DNA of 64,000 nt from Cenarchaeum sp. GTDB lineage: Archaea; Thermoproteota; Nitrososphaeria; Nitrososphaerales; Nitrosopumilaceae. Numbering within the stretch: position 1 is the stretch's first letter; every line of letters starts with the position of its first letter. Shown piece by piece: positions 63,601 through 64,000 of this stretch. A program made the position numbers and the translations under genes. Below the pieces are notes generated by a model. It ran no database searches. It was not told the DNA's origin and saw only the letters and a list, made by a program, of their open reading frames with translations. The DNA lies in assembly GCA_965242695.1 (NCBI GenBank), contig CBDESU010000001.1:1024001-1088000 (forward strand). Reading direction: 5' to 3'.

Positions 63601-63976
63601 TTGACAGTTGCGGAAGGGTCAATCCCCCGCCTTCCCCAGGTGCCTCAATGCCAGCTTCAATGGGGCCGCAACTTGACAGTTGCGGAAGGGCCGCCCCCTT
63701 AGCTCTGGTCCCGCGGGATGCGCCAGCTTCAATGGGGCCGCAACTTGACAGTTGCGGAAGGTCATCGATCTGCTTTATTTCGGGGTTGTTTTTCTTGCTT
63801 CAATGGGGCCGCAACTTGACAGTTGCGGAAGGGCTCGTTGGCCGCCACGGTGAGCTCGGCTTCTTGTCTGCTTCAATGGGGCCGCAACTTGACAGTTGCG
63901 GAAGGCGCGGGCAGCTGGCCCCAGAGCCACGCCTGACGCTGCTTCAATGGGGCCGCAACTTGACAGTTGCGGAAGG
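48688..63976 (-). CRISPR. Large type I-G CRISPR array; 36-bp repeat CCTTCCGCAACTGTCAAGTTGCGGCCCCATTGAAGC (minus strand); about 210 repeats; continues past the window
   Basis: Near-invariant repeat with roughly 34-39 bp spacers; CCGCAAC/GTTGCGG stem; ATTGAAGC 3' end and degenerate left end indicate minus-strand transcription with the leader beyond 64000. Count estimated from span divided by about 72 bp. Confidence 0.99.
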
Positions 63977-64000
63977 CCGCCGTCCGCGTCGAGGTCGCGC

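Overview
High-GC, archaeal-looking defence/accessory region. TATA-like boxes lie about 25 bp upstream of start codons and ISH3-type elements are present; a Nitrososphaerota-like host is inference only. From left to right the window holds: (1) a secreted beta-propeller/beta-helix protein gene running off the left edge, with a G13 tract just after its likely ATG; (2) a cluster of TA-like and TPR genes (PIN x2, YwgA/SocA-like x2, a TPR-wHTH fusion, an SRA-like/RelB fusion with a broken RelE, a DUF1778-like gene with a broken GNAT); (3) a locally expanded family of 10 Ala-rich helical genes that each carry the same promoter motif; (4) type I-G (I-U) cas operon A (csb1-csb2-cas3-cas8g) with a divergent two-repeat mini-array whose repeat is unrelated to the main array; (5) an IS66-like transposase interrupted by an ISH3-type IS, an Mrr-like nuclease and a second ISH3-type IS; (6) type I-G operon B (cas3-csb3-csb1-csb2), whose Csb2 appears to carry two Cas6-like modules; (7) a CRISPR array of more than 15 kb (about 210 repeats, estimated from the period) that runs off the right edge. 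No cas1/cas2/cas4 is visible in the window. All family calls come from motif recognition by eye, not database searches.
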